From NCBI GenBank assembly GCA_011388275.1, contig DSAB01000122.1, forward strand, positions 15,491-79,490: DNA of 64,000 nt. Reading direction: 5' to 3'. The notes beneath the pieces are model-generated. The model searched no databases, was not told the DNA's origin, and saw only the letters and a list, made by a program, of their open reading frames with translations. The translations under genes and the position numbers were made by a program. Numbering within the stretch: the stretch's first letter is position 1; each line of letters starts with the position of its first letter. The stretch comes from a bacterium. GTDB taxonomy: Bacteria > Zhuqueibacterota > QNDG01 > DSAB01. Shown here one piece after another: positions 10,504-21,200 of the stretch.

Positions 10504-11802
10504 ATGATAAATGAAATGATAAAGGACAGTAAACAGCATATCCTGAAAGGCAGACGGCTCTATATTCCCAGAATGAGCACCGAAGCCGCGTCCGCGCTGG
10601 CCGCGGCTTTTCGATCGGTCGGCGTGGACGCCTGCATTTCCCCGGAGTCCGACGCACGGACTCTGGATCTGGCTTCACGATTCACCAACGGCGAGGAGTG
10701 TCTGCCCCAGCGGGTGACTCTGGGCAATTTTCTCAAGATCGTTCAGGGTCTAAATTTCGATCCGCGCTCAACGGCGTTTTTTCTGCCCACTTCATCCGGG
10801 CCATGCCGTTTCGGCCAGTATCGCAATCTTCTGAGAAAAGTGCTTGATGAAGCAGGGGCACAGGAAGCACGGATCTTTTCACCCACCAGCAGCAATGGAT
10901 ATGCGGGAATCGCGGATCGGCGATTCCGCTTTCTGGTTACAGTCTGGCGCGCATTGATCCTGTCGGATTCTCTGCGTAAAGCACGACTGATGATTCGGCC
11001 CTATGAAGCCGAGAAAGGTCTGACCGACAGTCTGCATAACCGTTTTCTCGGGAAGGCCTGCCGTGTTTTGGGTGATCCGGATATCGGCTTCCGGCGCCAG
11101 AGGAGAGAGTGTGTCAAAATTCTGCAGTCTGCGGCGGAAGCATTTGAATCCATCCCTTTGAAGGAGAAATTGGGATCCAGGCCGTTGATCGGGGTTGTGG
11201 GCGAGATCTATCTGCGGTTTAATGAGTTCAGCAATCAGCATATGCTTCGGTCGATCGAGAATCAGGGGGGAGAGGTCTGGATCGCGAATATCGCGGAGTG
11301 GGCCTGGTATACCAACTATGAGGAGGAACGCAAGCTTCGGGAAGCCGCCGGAATCGTCACTTTCGAGATGGCCAGAGTCCGTCTGCGGCGATACATTCAG
11401 GAAACGGAAGAGAAAGCGCTGACGCGTCCGCTCAGGAAGTTTTTTCGATCCCGTCCCGAAACCCCGGTACCGAGGCTGCTGGAATACAGCAGACCGTATC
11501 TGCCTGCGCATAAGGCTTTGGGCGAAATGACACTCAATGCCGGAAACGCGGTGGCTTTTTATCATGCCGGATGCGACGGAGTTGTGGATATCAGCCCTTT
11601 TACCTGCATGAACGGCATTGTCTCCGAGGTGGTGTATCCCCGGATCAGCAGGGATCATGAGCAGTTCCCCATACGGATCTTTTATTTCGACGGTGTACCC
11701 TTCGACCTGACAGGGCATCTCGAGATTTTTATGGAGCAGGCCGGGTCCTACCGAAGACGTCGGCTTGAAAAGAGCCGGCGCGGCTCCAGGAGCGGGCAAT
11801 AA
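10504..11802 (+). CDS. Partner protein of the double activase. I interpret it as a member of the uncharacterised acyl-CoA-dehydratase-related (COG3580/3581 / DUF2229-like) family.
   Basis: 432 aa, follows the activase gene after a 36-nt gap. No catalytic motif I can name. Family assignment is by recalled gene-neighbourhood pattern only. Confidence 0.4.
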   Translation: MINEMIKDSKQHILKGRRLYIPRMSTEAASALAAAFRSVGVDACISPESDARTLDLASRFTNGEECLPQRVTLGNFLKIVQGLNFDPRSTAFFLPTSSGPCRFGQYRNLLRKVLDEAGAQEARIFSPTSSNGYAGIADRRFRFLVTVWRALILSDSLRKARLMIRPYEAEKGLTDSLHNRFLGKACRVLGDPDIGFRRQRRECVKILQSAAEAFESIPLKEKLGSRPLIGVVGEIYLRFNEFSNQHMLRSIENQGGEVWIANIAEWAWYTNYEEERKLREAAGIVTFEMARVRLRRYIQETEEKALTRPLRKFFRSRPETPVPRLLEYSRPYLPAHKALGEMTLNAGNAVAFYHAGCDGVVDISPFTCMNGIVSEVVYPRISRDHEQFPIRIFYFDGVPFDLTGHLEIFMEQAGSYRRRRLEKSRRGSRSGQ

Positions 11803-11939
11803 AGGGTTTTATGCTTGACTAATAGGGTTATTTTTCTTATCATGATTGGACCTGATGCTTGTCAGCCGCTCAGATGTCTGCCAGAAAAACAAAAGCGGCC
11901 GGAAAAGATCAAATCCGAATGATTCAAGGGGAGGAGAAG

Positions 11940-14084
11940 ATGAAATCTACTGGCGGAAGCATCAAAGGTTTGCCGGAAAATGCCTATCGGCCATTGAAAA
12001 AGGGAGAAGACTATATTCCCTATGTGCCGGCCGGTCAAACCCTTCATGAAGTGACATGGCGCTCTGTGGGTCTGGGAGTGCTGATGGCGGTGGTGTTTTC
12101 GTTTTCAGCCTGTTATCTGGGACTGGTGGCGGGACAGGTTTTCGAAGCGGCCATTCCCATCGCCATTCTGGCTGTGGGCATGGCGGGTTTGTTCACCCGG
12201 CGCAGTACTTTGCTTGAGAATGTGATTATTCAATCCATCGGGGCCGCTTCCGGAGTGGTGGTGGCCGGGGCGATCTTCACTCTGCCGGCTCTCTACATCC
12301 TGGGTCTTAAGGTCAGTCTGCTTCATACCTTTATCGCGTGCACGCTGGGCGGATTTCTCGGCATCCTCTTTCTCATTCCGCTGCGCCGTTATTTTTGCGT
12401 GGAGGAACACGGCAAGCTGCCCTTTCCCGAGGCCACTGCCACGACCGAGATTCTGGCGACCGGAGAACGGGGCGGCAAATCCGCCAGGGTTCTGGTGCTG
12501 TCCATGCTGGTCGGCGGCATCTATGATTTCTTTGTGGAGGCCATGCATATCTGGCCGAAACAGCTTCGAAGCGATGTGCTGCTGGGAAGAGCCGGAGCGT
12601 TTCTCTCCGAGAAGGCCCGATGGGTGTTGAAAATCGACGGGACCGCGGCTCTGTTCGGCCTGGGTTATATTATCGGCTTGAAATATGTTTCCATCATCGC
12701 GGCGGGATCAATACTCTCCTTTCTCGTCTTTCTTCCTCTGATTTTTCATTTCGGTCAGCACATTCCGTCCATGATTCCGCCTGGAGGCGTTCCCATCGCT
12801 GAAATGTCGGAACTTCAGATCTTCTCCAATTATGTGCAGAAGATCGGTATCGGAGCCATCGCGATGGCCGGTCTGATCGGAATCATGAAAATGGGAAAGA
12901 TCATCGTAACCTCCTTTGCCATCGGAATGAGAGAAATTTTCCAGGGCGGTCAGGCCGGAATCGAAGGCGGAATTCCCCGCACGGAACAGGAGATGAAGAC
13001 CAAGAATGTCATTCTCTTGATCATCGGCACCATCCTGCTCATATTCTTTGCGTTCTGGTTGTTTGCCTCTCCGGCCGGTTCCATGGCCTTTGTGCTGAAA
13101 GTGGCCCTGGTAGGGCTTTTGATCGTCGTTTTTCTGGCATTTATCTTTACTCCCGTGGCTGCCAGGGCCATCGCTATCGTGGGAGTGAATCCTGTATCCG
13201 GAATGACCCTGATCACGCTGATCATCACCTCGCTGGTTCTGGTCGGTATGGGACTGGGGGGTGAGAATTATGCGGTAGGCATGACCATTGCTTTGATTAT
13301 GGGATGTGTAGTGTGCACATCCCTGTCGACTTCAGGCGCCTTTATCACGGATCTGAAAATCGGATACTGGCTGGGTGCCACACCCAGAAACCAGCAGCGA
13401 TGGAAGTTTCTCGGAGTGGTCGTTTCGGCGATTTCCGTTTCTCTGGCTATTTTGCTGATTCACAAGGCGTATGGATTCACTCTGGGCGGCAACATTCTGG
13501 AAGGCGGAGTTCCCAATCCCGCCATTGCGGCCCCTCAGGGGAATCTGATGGCCACCATCATCAAGTCGCTGATGATCGAATCCGAAATTCCCTATCTGCT
13601 TTACGCGCTGGGTGCACTGTGTGCGATTTTACTGGAGATGGCCGGTGTGCCTCCTCTCGCTTTCGCTCTGGGTATGTATCTTCCCATCGAAATCAACATG
13701 CCTCTTCTGGCCGGCGGACTGGTTTCATGGTCTGTGATCCGGCTCAGCAAACGGGTCAGGGCCGCTGAAGGGGATTCGCCCCGTGAAAGAGGGACTCTGA
13801 TCGCTTCCGGGTTTATCGCGGGCGGCGCGCTTATGGGCGTAATGGGCGCTGTGCTGAATCTGAATGAGATCGGCAAACCGGTTCGATTCATCTCTGTGGG
13901 CGCCCGTTATGTCAAAGATATCCTGGGTGATACCGGAAAAGTCATCTGGTCGATTCCCGAGACCGGCGGTTATCTCCCTTACTTCAAGTCGATTTCCGGT
14001 CAATTGATCAGTCTGGCGGCTTTTATCGGATTAGTTGGTTTTTGCTATTTCTATGCAAAAGGAAGGGCCGAAAGAAACAAATGA
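11940..14084 (+). CDS. OPT-family oligopeptide transporter (many TM segments)
   Basis: About 715 aa of highly hydrophobic polytopic sequence with Gly-rich helices, consistent with the OPT superfamily. ATG at 11940 preceded by GGGGAGGAG. The longer ORF from 11859 is probably not used. Confidence 0.6.
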   Translation: MKSTGGSIKGLPENAYRPLKKGEDYIPYVPAGQTLHEVTWRSVGLGVLMAVVFSFSACYLGLVAGQVFEAAIPIAILAVGMAGLFTRRSTLLENVIIQSIGAASGVVVAGAIFTLPALYILGLKVSLLHTFIACTLGGFLGILFLIPLRRYFCVEEHGKLPFPEATATTEILATGERGGKSARVLVLSMLVGGIYDFFVEAMHIWPKQLRSDVLLGRAGAFLSEKARWVLKIDGTAALFGLGYIIGLKYVSIIAAGSILSFLVFLPLIFHFGQHIPSMIPPGGVPIAEMSELQIFSNYVQKIGIGAIAMAGLIGIMKMGKIIVTSFAIGMREIFQGGQAGIEGGIPRTEQEMKTKNVILLIIGTILLIFFAFWLFASPAGSMAFVLKVALVGLLIVVFLAFIFTPVAARAIAIVGVNPVSGMTLITLIITSLVLVGMGLGGENYAVGMTIALIMGCVVCTSLSTSGAFITDLKIGYWLGATPRNQQRWKFLGVVVSAISVSLAILLIHKAYGFTLGGNILEGGVPNPAIAAPQGNLMATIIKSLMIESEIPYLLYALGALCAILLEMAGVPPLAFALGMYLPIEINMPLLAGGLVSWSVIRLSKRVRAAEGDSPRERGTLIASGFIAGGALMGVMGAVLNLNEIGKPVRFISVGARYVKDILGDTGKVIWSIPETGGYLPYFKSISGQLISLAAFIGLVGFCYFYAKGRAERNK

Positions 14085-14103
14085 CTGCTTTATAAAAGGA
14101 CTC

Positions 14104-15948
14104 ATGAATCCAATGAATGTGAAAACCTTTAAATCGGATGTGGATTTTACCGTGCGTATCGCGGGCGAGGGAGGCGAGGGAGTCATCAGCTGCGGCGAAC
14201 TGCTTGCCCAGGCAATCGCCCGGACCGAATACCATGTCTTCACCTATATCACTTACCCGGCGGAGGTTCGGGGCGGATTTTCCATGATTCAGATTCGAGT
14301 CCGGGATTGGACCATTTACAGCATGGGCAGCGAAGTGGATTATCTGGTGGTCTTCAACCAGAAAGCCTATGACCGGACGATACAAGACATCAAGCCGGGA
14401 GGTACGGTCATCTATGACCTCGATGAAGTGGTTCCGGATCAATCCGTTAAGGCGCAAAATGTTCCCATTGCCCTGAATAAAATCCCATTCGAAATCACGG
14501 GCTCCAGACTGGGCAAAAATGTGGTCGCCCTGGGAGCCATGGGCCATCTGTTCGATATCGACAGGAAGCTTCTGTTTCAATTGATGAAGGACAGATACGG
14601 TGCCAAAGGCTCGAATGTGGTTCAAAACAACATCCGGATTCTGGAAGCCGGATTCGAAGCGGGCAGAAAGACAGGCCGGGAGCCCAAATTCCATCTCGGT
14701 TCCGAACCGGACGCCGAAAGCAAATACATGATGCTGTCGGGAAACGAGGCGGTGGCATTGGGAGCTGTGGCCGCGGGCTGCCGCTTTGTGGCCGGTTATC
14801 CCATCACTCCGGCGACGCCGATTTTCGAGACTCTGACTAAAATAATGCCCATGGTCGGCGGCAAGGCCATTCAAATGGAAGACGAGATCGCCTCGATTTC
14901 GGCCATTATCGGGGCTTCGTTCGCCGGGGAGAAAGTCATGACGCCCACGTCCGGGCCCGGGCTGCAGCTGATGGGGGAACAGCTGAACCTGGCTGCCATG
15001 CTGGAGCTTCCCGTTGTGATTATCAATGTGCAGAGGGGTGGGCCCAGTACCGGAATGCCGACCAAGACGGAGCAGTCGGATTTGAAATTCGCCATTTACG
15101 GCACATCCGGAGAGTCGCCGCACGTCATACTGGCGCCGGCAACGGTGGAAGACTGTTTCTATCAAACCATCAGGGCCTTCAATCTGGCGGAACGATTTCA
15201 GCTGCCGGTGATCGTGCTCACGGATCAATCGATCGGGTACCGGAAAGCCACGGTGAAACTGCCCAAATTCAGCGCCATCGAAGAGATCAGGGAAAATGTG
15301 GAGATTGAACATCTGGTGGTTCCGAGTGTGGATAAGATCACCATTGTCAACCGGTTAAAGCCGCGAAAAGAAGACCTCGAAGAGTATCGGCGATTTAAAA
15401 TCACCGGGGACGGAATCTCTCCCATCACAATACCCGGGACTCCAGGAGGACAGTATCTGGGTACCGGCCTGGAACATCGGGAAGACGGACGGGCCGATTA
15501 TACTCCGGCAAACCATCTGGCCATGACACGAAAACGTTTCAATAAATTGAAAACGCTTTCCCGGCGATTTGAGAAGAATCCTCCGGAATATTATGGATCG
15601 CATGACGCGGAGATCGGTATTATCGGATGGGGGTCCACCGAAGGGGCCATTCGCGAGGCGCGGTATATGGCGGAAGAAAAGGGGATCCTGGTGCGCCACC
15701 TTCATCCCAAAGTCATCTCTCCGCTTCCGAACCGGCAAATTCGGCAGTTTCTGCTGGGGTTGAAACAGGTTATGGTGGTCGAAGAAAACTACACCGGACA
15801 ATTCGCCCATTTTATCAAGGGGAAATTCGGTGTCACACCTCTGGAGGTTCATAAATGTGAAGGGGTTCCCATTTCATCGGGAGAGATCTTCAGGGCGATC
15901 GAAAAGGTTGCGAGGATTGTTGATGAAGAGAACATTACAAGATTATAA
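14104..15948 (+). CDS. korA: 2-oxoacid:ferredoxin oxidoreductase alpha subunit (fused gamma-alpha, KorA/OorA-like)
   Basis: N-terminal gamma-like domain (RIAGEGGEGVISCGELLA…), then the alpha core with a pyrimidine-binding domain. Followed by a TPP-binding beta subunit. Confidence 0.8.
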   Translation: MNPMNVKTFKSDVDFTVRIAGEGGEGVISCGELLAQAIARTEYHVFTYITYPAEVRGGFSMIQIRVRDWTIYSMGSEVDYLVVFNQKAYDRTIQDIKPGGTVIYDLDEVVPDQSVKAQNVPIALNKIPFEITGSRLGKNVVALGAMGHLFDIDRKLLFQLMKDRYGAKGSNVVQNNIRILEAGFEAGRKTGREPKFHLGSEPDAESKYMMLSGNEAVALGAVAAGCRFVAGYPITPATPIFETLTKIMPMVGGKAIQMEDEIASISAIIGASFAGEKVMTPTSGPGLQLMGEQLNLAAMLELPVVIINVQRGGPSTGMPTKTEQSDLKFAIYGTSGESPHVILAPATVEDCFYQTIRAFNLAERFQLPVIVLTDQSIGYRKATVKLPKFSAIEEIRENVEIEHLVVPSVDKITIVNRLKPRKEDLEEYRRFKITGDGISPITIPGTPGGQYLGTGLEHREDGRADYTPANHLAMTRKRFNKLKTLSRRFEKNPPEYYGSHDAEIGIIGWGSTEGAIREARYMAEEKGILVRHLHPKVISPLPNRQIRQFLLGLKQVMVVEENYTGQFAHFIKGKFGVTPLEVHKCEGVPISSGEIFRAIEKVARIVDEENITRL

Positions 15949-16777
15949 GAGTCCGATCAAGCCGATCTGGTGTCCCGGCTGCGGCGATTACGGCATACTC
16001 AGGGCCTTGCAGCAGGCTCTGCTGGATCTGAATATCGCGCCGGAAAATATTGTGACTGTTTCGGGCATCGGCTGTTCGGGACGTTTTTCTCACTATTTAA
16101 ACACCTATTCTCTGCACGGAACCCACGGACGGGCCGTGCCTACGGCTCTGGGAGCCAAAGCCGCTCGACCCGATTTAACTGTGCTGGCCATCGGAGGCGA
16201 CGGAGATGGTATGGGAATCGGCGGAGGCCATATTCCCCACGCCGCACGCAAGAATGTGGATATCACCTATTTGCTCATCGACAACCGGATTTACGGGCTG
16301 ACCAAAGGCCAAATGTCTCCCACAACCCCTTTCGGGCAAAAGACCAAGACGTCTCCCTACGGAGTCAGTGAGGCGCCAATGAACGCGCTGGCCGTTTTTC
16401 TGGCCTATGATATTTCATTTATCGCCAGAACGGCGAGCATGAATATTCCGGAGATGACGCAAATACTCAAAGCCGCCATTTCACACCGGGGCATGTCATT
16501 GGTTTACATTTTGTCTCCCTGCATGACTTTCCCGGTTTTAAAATCCAGTGAGATCAAAGAGATGGTGCAACCTCTTCCAAAAGAGCATGACCCGGGTAAC
16601 AAATTGGGGGCTCTGGAGCTGGCCTATACAGAGCGGCCCTTGTATACGGGTATTTTCTATCAGGTGCAAAAACCCGTACTGGAAACACAGCTCAAGCAGC
16701 AGGTTCAGGCGGCTTGCCGGCAACTGGCCGATGGCGAGCCGGTAAGCATCAAACAGCTTCTGAAAAGTTACGTCTGA
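15923..16777 (+). CDS. korB: 2-oxoacid:ferredoxin oxidoreductase beta subunit (TPP-binding)
   Basis: CPGCGDYG motif, GIGCSGR and GGDGDG TPP-binding motifs. Overlaps the korA 3' end by 26 nt. Confidence 0.85.
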   Translation: MKRTLQDYKSPIKPIWCPGCGDYGILRALQQALLDLNIAPENIVTVSGIGCSGRFSHYLNTYSLHGTHGRAVPTALGAKAARPDLTVLAIGGDGDGMGIGGGHIPHAARKNVDITYLLIDNRIYGLTKGQMSPTTPFGQKTKTSPYGVSEAPMNALAVFLAYDISFIARTASMNIPEMTQILKAAISHRGMSLVYILSPCMTFPVLKSSEIKEMVQPLPKEHDPGNKLGALELAYTERPLYTGIFYQVQKPVLETQLKQQVQAACRQLADGEPVSIKQLLKSYV

Positions 16778-16809
16778 AACACTCAAGGATCATTGCGAAT
16801 CAGCTGCAA

Positions 16810-16845
16810 GCTCCCGGAGCGCTTCCCGCCGGGAGCCGTTTTATT
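16810..16845 (+). terminator. Rho-independent terminator candidate after korB
   Basis: Stem GCTCCCGG / CCGGGAGC with an 11-nt loop, followed by CGTTTTATT. Confidence 0.5.
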
Positions 16846-16881
16846 GGGATGTTATCATTCAGCCATTCGCCGGATCGAAGG

Positions 16882-18285
16882 ATGTTTATGAGCTCGGAAT
16901 TTTATGACCGGGATCTTCCCTGGCTTATTCAAACCTATTTTTCAGATCCGAACCGCGTATGCACGCTGGCACCCGCGCAGGTGTTGATGGAAGAGGGTGA
17001 TTACAATGACCGGCTGTACCTGGTTCTGTCCGGAAGCCTTTTTGGATACGTTCAGCGTTCAGAAGGGCAGCCTTACGAAATGTTTCGGGCCAAGCCGAAT
17101 ATGTTTGTCGGTGTCTACAGTTTTTTCTCGCGGACCTATTCCAGTTCGGTTACGGTGGTCGCGGAAGAGCCGACGCGGCTGGCTTACATGGAAAAGGATC
17201 ATGAGCCGGTTGAGAAAGAAAGGCGGGGAGGTCTTTTCGAGCAGTTCATGCCGGTGGTGATCTCCAATCTGGCCTGGCGCCAGCAGCATGAACTTCAGAT
17301 CGCCTTTGAAAAGGAACGCACTCTGAACAAGCTCATCGAATCCGAAAAGCTGGCTTCTCTGGGACAGATGGCGGCGGGAATCGCTCATGAATTGAACAAT
17401 GCCATTTCGGTGCTGGTCCGGAACACGGAATGGTTCAGGGGCTACTTTACACGGCTCCTGAAATCGCAAAAAAGCCCCTTTTTCCCCTTCTATCAGTTGG
17501 GGCAGACGCAGGGCAGGGTGGTATCGAGCCGGGAGGCCAGACGGTGCGTTCAGAGTCTGAAGAGAAAATGGAATGTTTCCGATGCCGACGCGAAAGATCT
17601 GGGAGAGACCGGTATCACGGATGAGATGCTGGCCTCATATCGAGGCGACGTGGCTCAAGATTCCGGTAAAATCCATGAATTCTGGGAACTGGGAGCCACT
17701 CTTCGGGACATGACTCTGGCCGGGCAGATGGCTTCTCATGTGGTGGCTTCGGTCAGGGCGCTCGCCGGACAGAAGCCGGTGCGGACCATGCAAAACGTAA
17801 ACCGGTCCATCGAGGAAGCGCTGGCACTGCTTCACAGCACGCTGCGTTCGGTTCAGGTGACGACCCGGTTTGAAGAGCTGTCGGACATATCGGCGAACAA
17901 GGGAGAGCTGGTTCAGATATGGACCAACCTGATTCGCAACAGCGTGGAGAGTCTGCACGGGCAGGCCGATCCTCCTCCAGTGGTGACGATTTCGACCCTT
18001 TCAAAGAAAACTTACGTGCTTGTCCAGATCAAGGATAACGGTCCGGGCATTCCAAATGATGTGATGCCGAAGATCATTCAACCGAATTTTACCACCAAAG
18101 AAAAGGGCCTGGAATTCGGTTTGGGTTTGGGGCTTACTATAGTCGCCAAAATTGTGAATAATTACGGGGGTGAGATATTCGCGGCGAGCCGGCCTCATGA
18201 AACGATTTTTACGGTTAAACTTCCCGTATTGCCGCGGCCGGAACAAGCCGGGCCGGATTCCGGTGTGGAGAGATCAGAACAGTGA
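16882..18285 (+). CDS. Cytoplasmic sensor histidine kinase: N-terminal cNMP-binding-like domain + HisKA + HATPase_c
   Basis: H-box LGQMAAGIAHELNNAI. N/G boxes (NLIRNSVESL; IKDNGPGIP; GLGLGLTIV). No TM segments. N-terminal LYLVLSGSLFGY region resembles a cyclic-nucleotide-binding fold. Start uncertain (16846-16888). The terminator at 16810-16845 argues against the long ORF from 16714. Confidence 0.75.
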   Translation: MFMSSEFYDRDLPWLIQTYFSDPNRVCTLAPAQVLMEEGDYNDRLYLVLSGSLFGYVQRSEGQPYEMFRAKPNMFVGVYSFFSRTYSSSVTVVAEEPTRLAYMEKDHEPVEKERRGGLFEQFMPVVISNLAWRQQHELQIAFEKERTLNKLIESEKLASLGQMAAGIAHELNNAISVLVRNTEWFRGYFTRLLKSQKSPFFPFYQLGQTQGRVVSSREARRCVQSLKRKWNVSDADAKDLGETGITDEMLASYRGDVAQDSGKIHEFWELGATLRDMTLAGQMASHVVASVRALAGQKPVRTMQNVNRSIEEALALLHSTLRSVQVTTRFEELSDISANKGELVQIWTNLIRNSVESLHGQADPPPVVTISTLSKKTYVLVQIKDNGPGIPNDVMPKIIQPNFTTKEKGLEFGLGLGLTIVAKIVNNYGGEIFAASRPHETIFTVKLPVLPRPEQAGPDSGVERSEQ

Positions 18286-21200
18286 GCGGTAATATGCCGG
18301 CCGCTCCTGCGCCTCGTTCAGGATAGACATTTTGGATCGTTCCAGAGCCACATACGATTTGCTTCCCCAAATGCGTATGGACCGAAGCGTAGGGCTGTCT
18401 ATTCCGCATGTAATCAGGCGCGGTCCCATGGTCAGGCAGCACAGAGTCTCAACTGTATGGCCCCGCAGGCGGTTGAATGACCAGTGGTTCGGTCCGGTTT
18501 CGAGCACCATCAATGTGCCGTTCTTCGAAGATCGAACCGAACACGATCCGATAAAGAGACGGCCGTTCACATAAGGAGTGATGCACCGTATAGAATCTGT
18601 GGTTTTAAATTTTATGGACTGCCATCTCCCGGAGTCCGATTCCATGACCGTCAAGGAGCCTGTCGACTCGTTTGAAAGGCCTGAAGCAAACCAGGCGAGC
18701 CGGTTGTCATTGAGACGGCACAGGCAATCCTGGCTGCAGCCTGTAGCATGATATTGAGTCCAGGTCCGCCGGTCCGGGTTCCAGATTCCCACGGTTCCCG
18801 ATCCTGCCGCGGCTATTCGTCCGTCAGGCAGTGATGCCAAAGACTGAACCGGCGCAAGGCCGGGCTGAATGGTTTCCATCCTTTCTCTCGGGAAATCCCA
18901 GAAACAGATTTTGCCGTCGGCATGGCCGGTCGTCAGACAGCTCTGTGCGCAGGTCTGCATGCTGGTGACCGCGGAAGGCGTGTCGAAAACAGTCTTCAGA
19001 TTGTGAATAAACGACACAGCGGATATGCGGCCGTCTTCATGGAGCGCAAAGACATGGCCGTGTGTGACGGCCAGACCCATCACGGGCGACGGATTCAGGG
19101 GCAGCGTCCAAAAAAGGCGGTCATTCAGTCCGGACAATACACCGACATGGCCCTCCATGCTTCCGAACGCGATTTGACCCTGCGTATAAAGAGCGATGGC
19201 GGAAATTGGCAGGTCTTCCAGGCCGATACATGAAAGGCAAAAATCGTCGGAGGGAACAGGCGGACAGCGCCTGAATCGGCTTTCTCGGGTCTTTATGGAC
19301 TGATACAGCCAGGATATGGGCCGATGATTGACAGGCAAAGAACGTACTGAGAAATCGGCTTTGCCCTTCAAGGGCCGTTTGAGGACCTGATGATTCTCGA
19401 GAGGGCCGACTCGAATCTGTTTGATCCATCCTCTGACTTTCCGGTTCGCGAATATGGCCTGCATCTCTTCCCGGGTCAGGCGCGAAGGAATGGAATTGTC
19501 GAGATGATAAATCAGGAGCCGGTTGTCCCGGTAAAACGGAGTGTCTTCCAGGGGGATTTGCTCGATAAAGGACAGGTTCGTCCTGACCTTTTCAAGAAAT
19601 CCTTCCCGCTTTTCAAGATTCAGGCGCCGCGTTGACAGGGCGGCCTGAAATTTGACCAGAATATCCAGGCTGCCCATCTCATAGAATCGCTGAATCACCT
19701 GATGAAAATAGGCGTCATCTCTCCATCCATCAAGAATGATCAGGCGTTTTTGATGATGACGTTTTATAAATTGCCGAAAAAATTCATCGGCATTTTCGTG
19801 GAGATCCAGGTTGTCCATGGAATAAATATCCGGTGTAACGGTTGTTTGAAGCTTTTTCAGGCCGATCAGACGATTGAATATCTGAACATGGGCCGCATTG
19901 TCCCTCATCAGGTAGAGGATTTCATGCGGCCGGACAGGACCGAATCCGCTTTCAAGAACATGACAAAAATAGGTTTTTCCGGTACCTGAGTCGCCGGTAA
20001 CGGCCATGATCGCGGGCTGACGGGTTTGCATGACATAAAACAGGGATTCGGAAAGCTCATAGAGACCCGTTCGACTGGGTTTCAGCGCCAGAACGGGAAG
20101 CGCGTTGAAGTGGGGAAGGTACAGGGCATAGAGAAAGTTGGGAAGGCCCAGTTTTTTCATGGCCATGACGGCCTCTTCAAAAACCCGGTTATGCCGATTC
20201 TGCATCAGCCTCATCAGATCGATTGGAATGCGGGCATCAAGACCTCCTGATTTTGATTTTTGTGTTCGGCCCAGTTCTCCCAGGGCCCAGGCCCAATAGA
20301 TCTGATCTTCGGGTTTATCAGGAGGGTCCTGATCAAGCAGCTTTTTCAAACTTTCCGGGATTTTCCATTTGCCCAATGTCCAGCAGAATTCGCTCCACTC
20401 AGGTCCAGAGCGCCGGTTTTTCGGGTTTTTCACGGAGAGAGCCGTATCAATGAACTCTCTAAAGTAACGTTTTCCCTTCTCCTGACCCAGGCCGTAGATC
20501 AGCTGAAGACGAAGATTTGAATGCGTATCGGAACACTTTCGAAGAAGCCTCAGAAAGGGACGAATCTTCCGTGTATCGGAAAGTGGAGCCAGAATATTGG
20601 CTGCCTGATACGGAAGACCTGTTTCGATTCGCGATTGAGTCAGAAGACGGAGAGCCGGTCGAATCAGGGGGCGGATGCCGTCATTTTTTACCGCCGGCTG
20701 TGTGATCAATTCCTGAATGAATTCAATCGCATCATCCCGCTGTTTCGGATCATGGAGAAGATGCATCCAGTGATCGATTCGCCCCTGGATCTTTGATTCG
20801 GCGGCGAGAAATGTTGATGATTTCAACAGTTCCCGGCCCGGTTCCCATGATTCCATCCATTGATTGATCGAATTGAGAAAAATTCCCTGGGGACTTGCGT
20901 TTTTCCGTTTCAGCCAGTCTGCGGCTCGCTGCTGCCATTGTGATGCATGAACATCCCACGATGGAGCCTTCTGGCCGAACAGAACGGTCTGCCGCCGGAT
21001 TTCAAGCAGGGCGATCAGCATTTCAAAGAAACGGACACTTTCGGGGCGGGACTGATTGCGCGTTTGAATATCAGGGAATGTAAATATAGGCTCCATTCTG
21101 TTCAGCAGTGGCGTGATCCAGTCCATGTCTTCGATTCCCGATCTCCACAGCCAGTGAGCTGTTTCATTATTGGCTGCCGCACGCGATGTGAAAACAAGAG

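Noticed and set aside
14035-14103. Upstream extension of korA (ORF track start 14035) overlapping the end of the OPT transporter gene
   Set aside because: The conserved KorA N-terminus begins at the ATG at 14104 (MNPMNVK…RIAGEGGEG). The extension would overlap the upstream gene by 50 nt and encodes non-conserved residues.
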